Made by a program: the position numbers and the translations under genes. A stretch of 64,000 bases of DNA from Pseudomonadota bacterium (lineage in GTDB: Bacteria > Bdellovibrionota_B > Oligoflexia > Silvanigrellales > Silvanigrellaceae). The stretch spans positions 1-64,000 of the forward strand of contig JBDLRP010000048.1 in the NCBI GenBank assembly GCA_039799905.1. The letters run 5' to 3'. How positions within the stretch are numbered: the first letter of the stretch is position 1; each line of letters opens with the position of its first letter. Below, one piece after another: positions 58,843 through 64,000 of this stretch. A model generated the notes under the pieces. The model was not told where the DNA came from. It worked only from the letters and a program-made list of their open reading frames with translations, and searched no databases.

Positions 58843-60445
58843 CGAGTTCAACCTCCGTTTTTTCAACTGTATAGCGACCCAGACAATCCATGACAATTCG
58901 GTTGGAGATGCAAGAACGGAGCTCCATCAAATGATGCAACTCACCGCGCTCGGCCATGTGACGGGCAATAGAATCGACGCTCGACAAAACAGCAGGAGAT
59001 TGCCGACTGAGCGGATACGCAAAAAGATATGCATCAAGACAACGGACTGCGAGGGTCAGACGACCGGTATTGACCGCGCTCTCGGCAAGTCCAAGCCACG
59101 TCAACTGTCCTGTGCGCGGAGTCAGTTCGATCAATCGGATATCTTTGGGACACAGTTCCAGCAGACCGAGTCCGGTTTGCTTCATGCCGAACTTCATCGT
59201 CAGAGCAAGAACATCGGCAAAATACTGTTCCGAAAAATGGACAATCTTATTTCTGAGAGGATGTAACGGTTCGTTGTTCAAAAGAGTAAAACCGCGATGA
59301 ATCGCCAGACCAGCCGGATACGGATTGTCGGGATTGATTCCGGCCTCCGATGCGGCACGATCAATGAGAACACCGACGTCACTTTCAGCCATCAATGCCT
59401 CATACCGCTTTTCCTCGTTCAGAAAAATAAAACCCGGCGGCCGGCCCCGCGATAATTTTATCAGCGCAGTCAAAAGAGCACCAATGACAAAAGCCATCAG
59501 ATGCGCACCGTGTGCCACGCCTCCGCCAAGAGGATCCCTCAGTGAGCCTATAAACCCGTGCAGGTCGGATGCAACAGTCAGGAATGGAAGCATGTACTTG
59601 ACGGGTATCTTGAACACGGCCCAGCGGAATGGAATCCAACACAAAACATTCATTCGGTTTTCGGAGAACATAGCGTAGTACATTCCCGCAACTGCGGACA
59701 CGATGGCAGATCCACCCAAAAGGATCACCTCACGCTGGAGGTTGATCGCATCAAAGAGCATTCCGGCCGAGCCGGCCAGTGCTGCGATGAGGATGTACCA
59801 CCACGGCGCAAGAGCACTTTCGACGGCAATTCCAACCAATATAAAGACCAGCGTATTACCCCAAAAATGAGAGAGTGATCCATGTCTAAAATGTGCATCC
59901 GAAACAGACTGGATGGTGATGTTTTCACGTGTGAGCCGATGACTTTCCGATTGCCAAGCTCTGATTTTTTCAAGTACGTATTGGTCTGCGGATGATAACG
60001 CCGCGAAAGCGGAATATCCGCTGAACGAAAGGTAGCCGTTGGCGGATTCATGTGTAAATTTTTCGATGCGTTTCAACTCATCTCTGCACCTTGCCGCCAT
60101 ACACCTCGATAAAGTTTTGATTCGCTCGCTGGTCTCTGAAAACAATTTTTCTTCCTGTGCATCTCCCGGATCGAAGCGATGCATCAGCATGAGCCCCCAA
60201 GCGGTCGACCACTCCTGCTCACATTGCTGAGCCTGAATTTTTTCAGCGGCACAGGCCTCGCGGTACAACGCTCCCGCCTTGCCGCGGTAGTCGGAGTATG
60301 TCCAGGCAGCTCGGGTTACATCACCCATCTGCTGTGAAATGTTTTCACCAAAAACAAACAAAAGAAGCCAAGCCACGGCAATCGACAGCGTGATGAGCGG
60401 AAATCTGGGTAGTCTGTGTCCGATTCCGTAAGGTACGATCAGCAT
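58832..60445 (-). CDS. Rhomboid family intramembrane serine protease with soluble insert and C-terminal helical domain
   Basis: HGS..HFWGN, LGGS (catalytic Ser), VAHGAHL (catalytic His). Confidence 0.85.
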   Translation of the reverse strand: MLIVPYGIGHRLPRFPLITLSIAVAWLLLFVFGENISQQMGDVTRAAWTYSDYRGKAGALYREACAAEKIQAQQCEQEWSTAWGLMLMHRFDPGDAQEEKLFSETSERIKTLSRCMAARCRDELKRIEKFTHESANGYLSFSGYSAFAALSSADQYVLEKIRAWQSESHRLTRENITIQSVSDAHFRHGSLSHFWGNTLVFILVGIAVESALAPWWYILIAALAGSAGMLFDAINLQREVILLGGSAIVSAVAGMYYAMFSENRMNVLCWIPFRWAVFKIPVKYMLPFLTVASDLHGFIGSLRDPLGGGVAHGAHLMAFVIGALLTALIKLSRGRPPGFIFLNEEKRYEALMAESDVGVLIDRAASEAGINPDNPYPAGLAIHRGFTLLNNEPLHPLRNKIVHFSEQYFADVLALTMKFGMKQTGLGLLELCPKDIRLIELTPRTGQLTWLGLAESAVNTGRLTLAVRCLDAYLFAYPLSRQSPAVLSSVDSIARHMAERGELHHLMELRSCISNRIVMDCLGRYTVEKTEVELDAG

Positions 60446-60485
60446 CCCTGTCCCTCAATCGCTCAGTTCTTACCGTCCCAAAAAA

Positions 60486-62453
60486 TCAGTGATACAGGAC
60501 TGTCCCACCCTTGAGTTCGCGTTTCTTTTTGCCCGAAGCCTGCCAATGCACCTTCAAGTTAGCCTTTCCCGCCTTGTGCAGATACTCGAGCGAAATCTTC
60601 TGATATCCCTCGCTCAAATCAACATCAGCCGACTTCACTTTATTTTTCGATGCAGTTACAACTGTCGTGTTGTTGATCATAAGACGCGCCTCGTTGTCAG
60701 ATTTGACAAAAAACTTATAGCGGCCCGACTTCGGCACCCTGACATAACCCTGATAATTTAAAGCAAAATCATCTTTCCTGTCGGCAACCGAAGTTTTAAA
60801 AGTCACCGCTGTTCCTGACTTTTTGGGATTCAGTGTTGAGAGGTCGGGAAGTGACTGCCAGACACCCTCAAAGTATTGCCACACCAGTCCGTTATCGTAA
60901 ATTTTGACCGCAGGCGGCTGTGGCTGAGCGGACTTCATTTCATTCATTGATTTAAGTGCATTGATGCGCCCACCTGCTGCAACAAGCCCCGACAGTGCTG
61001 CAAACGAATCGCTTCCCGCGAAGATTGCGCTGCGCAGCTGACTCACCGTTCTCTGCGGAACAGCATTCCACAACAGCGCCGCGACACCAGCGACATGCGG
61101 CGTCGCCATCGAGGTTCCGTTCAGACTCATGTATCTATTCCCAGGCATGGTCGAAACAATATTGCTCCCTGGCGCAGCCACATCCACACCATCGCCGCGG
61201 TTCGAAAAATAGCTCAGCACGTCGTAGTCGGTCGTGGCTGCGACTGAAAGAACATTTGTGAATGTCTTCGTGTAATAGGCGGGATAAAGAGCTTTCGGTT
61301 CGGAATCATTTCCTGCCGCCGCAACAAACAACCGGCCCGCGTTCTGCGACGCCTTCACTGCTTCGGACATCAGCACGCTGCCCGCAATGCCGCCATAGCT
61401 ATTTGAAAGGACCATCGCTCCATTCGCAATTGCGTAAGCTGTTCCACGAAAGATGTCGAAGTCATTTGTAAACCCGCTGTTAGCGATGACCCGCACCGGC
61501 ATCACGGACGCTGTCCAGTTGACCCCAACGACACCGAGGCCATTGTTACCGCGCGCGGCAATCGTTCCCGCACAGTGCGTTCCGTGTCCGTGCGAATCCG
61601 CTGGGTCGGCGTCGTTGTTTACAAAGTCCCAGCCTTGGATATCGTCGACAAAGCCATTGTTGTCATCATCGATGCCGTTTCCCTGAACCTCACCTGGATT
61701 GCGCCAGATGTTGTCGCGCAGATCTTCGTGTGTGGAATCGACTCCGGTATCCAATACGGCAATCACGATCTTGCCCGCAGAATTGAATTGCGGCCAAAGG
61801 CCCGTCACGTTGATTTTTTTCAATCCCCAGAGGGACGGTAGAAGCGGATCCGAAGGCGCAGCAACATGCTTGTAGCGGACGTTGGGTTCCGCCAGCATGA
61901 CACCCGGAAGCTTATGCAGGCGATTGATTGCCAGAGCGACAGCCGTTGCGTCATCGGCCTTGATCTTTATGCGTGCGACGTCAAAAACAGACGCCGGCGC
62001 ATCATCATGCCGATTGGGCATTTTCTTGAACATTGCCAGAGTCGCAGGGTCGAACCCAAACTCGTCGACAGACAGATCGCCGATGGCGACGACGTCGTTG
62101 ACAACCGCAGAATCAGCCATCGTCCGGACGTCACCGCTGCGTCTTTTGACTGGCAAAGAGTTTTTCCAGTCTTCGCGCAGCAGCAGATTGACCTCAAATG
62201 GTTCGCCACCTTTGTACATCGAGCGCACGGCGTTGAGGTTGTCGGTAGAATAAATTGCGTCCAACGTGCTGTCATCGAGTCCCAGTTCATCCTCCACGCC
62301 TTCGGGAACCACCACGGTCGGCACAGAGCCTCCAGCGGAGCTGTTCTGCGGTTTCTCAGCCAACGCAGAGGGAGGCTGCGTCTTCTTAAGACAACCCAGC
62401 GGAGGCAATGATGCCAACAACGCACATGTGATTACTGAGATCTTTCGAAGCAT
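60486..62453 (-). CDS. S8 subtilisin-like protease lipoprotein with C-terminal PA14 domain
   Basis: PLGC lipobox; AVLDTG, HGTHCAG, GTSMATP; PA14-like DDFALNYQGYVRVP.SG.Y.F..SD. Confidence 0.93.
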   Translation of the reverse strand: MLRKISVITCALLASLPPLGCLKKTQPPSALAEKPQNSSAGGSVPTVVVPEGVEDELGLDDSTLDAIYSTDNLNAVRSMYKGGEPFEVNLLLREDWKNSLPVKRRSGDVRTMADSAVVNDVVAIGDLSVDEFGFDPATLAMFKKMPNRHDDAPASVFDVARIKIKADDATAVALAINRLHKLPGVMLAEPNVRYKHVAAPSDPLLPSLWGLKKINVTGLWPQFNSAGKIVIAVLDTGVDSTHEDLRDNIWRNPGEVQGNGIDDDNNGFVDDIQGWDFVNNDADPADSHGHGTHCAGTIAARGNNGLGVVGVNWTASVMPVRVIANSGFTNDFDIFRGTAYAIANGAMVLSNSYGGIAGSVLMSEAVKASQNAGRLFVAAAGNDSEPKALYPAYYTKTFTNVLSVAATTDYDVLSYFSNRGDGVDVAAPGSNIVSTMPGNRYMSLNGTSMATPHVAGVAALLWNAVPQRTVSQLRSAIFAGSDSFAALSGLVAAGGRINALKSMNEMKSAQPQPPAVKIYDNGLVWQYFEGVWQSLPDLSTLNPKKSGTAVTFKTSVADRKDDFALNYQGYVRVPKSGRYKFFVKSDNEARLMINNTTVVTASKNKVKSADVDLSEGYQKISLEYLHKAGKANLKVHWQASGKKKRELKGGTVLYH

Positions 62454-62590
62454 TCGCGCCCCATTCTACGATAACGCGCTGGTATTCGGCAGATTCTTCC
62501 GCGAGTCTGAGAGATTTTTATTTAATTCTTGATTTCTGAGGCAAACCCCCATAACGACTCAGGACTTCCGTCTCCCTTGGAGCATCTATT

Positions 62591-63280
62591 ATGCGCACCT
62601 GGGTCACTTTGGCTGTCACTACTCTGAGCGCTGCCTGTTCGCGGCCTGTCGACTCGACTACGCAGTCCCGAATTGCCGATACCGAACAATTCACCCAACA
62701 GCAGCTCCGCACCGGCGACATCATTCTGGTTCCACTCAACTGCTATGTTTGCAATGCGATTGAGGCTGAAACGGGTGTCACATACTCGCACTCGGTGATT
62801 GTCGCCGAGACGAGTGAGGATTCTCGGCCCACGACTGTCTATGAAGCTTGGGGCTCGGTCAAAAAGACTCCGCTCTCAGAGATATCCGCGCGCAAGCAAA
62901 AGAACCAGTCGCTGTTTGTCGTGCGACCACGGCAGTTCATTCGCAGTGGATCTCCCTCTGCAGAGGAACTGCGCAAGGTGTTTGACGACGAATACAGCGG
63001 CTTGCCTTTCGATGATGAGTACCTGTGGACCAACACCGACGAGCAGGGACGCGAGAAACTTTACTGCTCAGAATTCGCGTTCAAATTCATCAATCGTTTT
63101 TTGCGCGAGCAATTAACGACTGCTCCCATGGATTTCTCTCGAAATTTTGAATTTTGGATCAAGTACTACGCGCAATTTGGGATGAAGCCCCCAAGTGGTG
63201 AGCCTGGAGCTTCGCCGGCAACCTTGTTCAACAGCACATTGGTCAAAAAAATCGGTGAACTTACAACGCCTGCACAATGA
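62591..63280 (+). CDS. Permuted NlpC/P60 papain-like hydrolase (YiiX/YebB-like), lipoprotein
   Basis: LSAAC lipobox; GDII, YSHS (His), LYCSEF (Cys) in permuted order. Confidence 0.85.
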   Translation: MRTWVTLAVTTLSAACSRPVDSTTQSRIADTEQFTQQQLRTGDIILVPLNCYVCNAIEAETGVTYSHSVIVAETSEDSRPTTVYEAWGSVKKTPLSEISARKQKNQSLFVVRPRQFIRSGSPSAEELRKVFDDEYSGLPFDDEYLWTNTDEQGREKLYCSEFAFKFINRFLREQLTTAPMDFSRNFEFWIKYYAQFGMKPPSGEPGASPATLFNSTLVKKIGELTTPAQ

Positions 63281-63297
63281 CCAGAGGTGATCGATAG

Positions 63298-64000
63298 ATG
63301 AGCCAGTACGTGGGAATCTTGGGCATACTTTTTATGTTTGCTGTCGCATGGCTGGTCAGCGAGAACCGTAAAGCTGTTCCGTGGAAAACAGTGCTCATCG
63401 CGACCCTGATGCAAGTCTTCTTGGGCCTGCTCATTGCCGGACTCCCCGCACTCGGAATCAAAGGTCCACTGAGCGGCTTTTTTTCTGCTGCGAATGACGC
63501 AATCATTGCGACCCTCTCATTTGTCGACAAAGGTTCTGGCTTCGTTTTTGGTCCGCTCACCCAACCAGAAAAGATTGGCGACTACATCATCGCATTCAAA
63601 GTTCTGCCGTCGATCATCTTCTTCGCCTCACTTATGGCGGTTTTGTACCACTTCGGAATCATGCAGAAGATTGTCAATGCGATGGCTTGGGTCATGCGAC
63701 GGTTTCTTGGGATTTCCGGAGCCGAGTCGCTGTCGACGGCAGGAAATATTTTTCTCGGCCAGACGGAAGCACCGCTGCTCGTCAAACCTTACGTCAACTC
63801 GATGAGCCGCAGTGAAATTATGTGCGTCATGGTGGGAGGTTTCGCCAACGTCGCGGGTGGAGTTCTGGCTGCCTACGTCGGCATGCTCGCAGGAATGATT
63901 CCCGACATTGCGGGACACCTGCTCACCGTAAGCGTGATGTCGGCGCCAGCCACAATTGTCTTCGCAAAAATCATGGTTCCCGAAACTGAAAATCGCACGT
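63298..64000 (+). CDS. NupC/CNT family nucleoside transporter (truncated by window end)
   Basis: Not in the ORF track; manual translation MSQYVGILG..SENRKAVPWKTV..VLPSIIFFASL..GAESLSTAGNIFLGQTEAPL. Confidence 0.92.
   Translation, partial: MSQYVGILGILFMFAVAWLVSENRKAVPWKTVLIATLMQVFLGLLIAGLPALGIKGPLSGFFSAANDAIIATLSFVDKGSGFVFGPLTQPEKIGDYIIAFKVLPSIIFFASLMAVLYHFGIMQKIVNAMAWVMRRFLGISGAESLSTAGNIFLGQTEAPLLVKPYVNSMSRSEIMCVMVGGFANVAGGVLAAYVGMLAGMIPDIAGHLLTVSVMSAPATIVFAKIMVPETENRT

Overview
Gene-dense bacterial chromosomal segment. Gene style (many orphan lipoproteins, FliD/FliS, HD-GYP, DUF1588/DUF1501-like cytochrome cluster) suggests Bdellovibrionota/Oligoflexia-like origin; this is inference only. 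Contents in order: an MCP and orphan lipoproteins; tmk-holB; an alpha-glucan cluster (glgP, GT4, GH15); mnmG and ftsB-like; a four-gene exported c-type cytochrome/Tat-protein operon; fliD-fliS; an unusual minus-strand operon of argG fused to a CarB-type MGS domain, a CodA-like amidohydrolase, an atypical dihydroorotate dehydrogenase, pyrE and a ROK kinase, preceded by an attenuator-like terminator; a GAF/HD-GYP gene; a purine operon with PurB-PurS and PurC-PurD fusions and an embedded pyrF; two subtilases; a bacterial homologue of eukaryotic immunity-related (IRG/IIGP) GTPases; rmuC, a tyrosine recombinase and IHF; trpS; RDD/rhomboid genes; and a nucleoside transporter cut by the window end. 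The strongest novelty candidate is the ArgG-MGS/amidohydrolase/PyrD/PyrE operon, which may be a citrulline/argininosuccinate-fed route into pyrimidines. No CRISPR, rRNA, tRNA or clear mobile element was recognised. All family assignments come from motif recognition by eye, not database searches.
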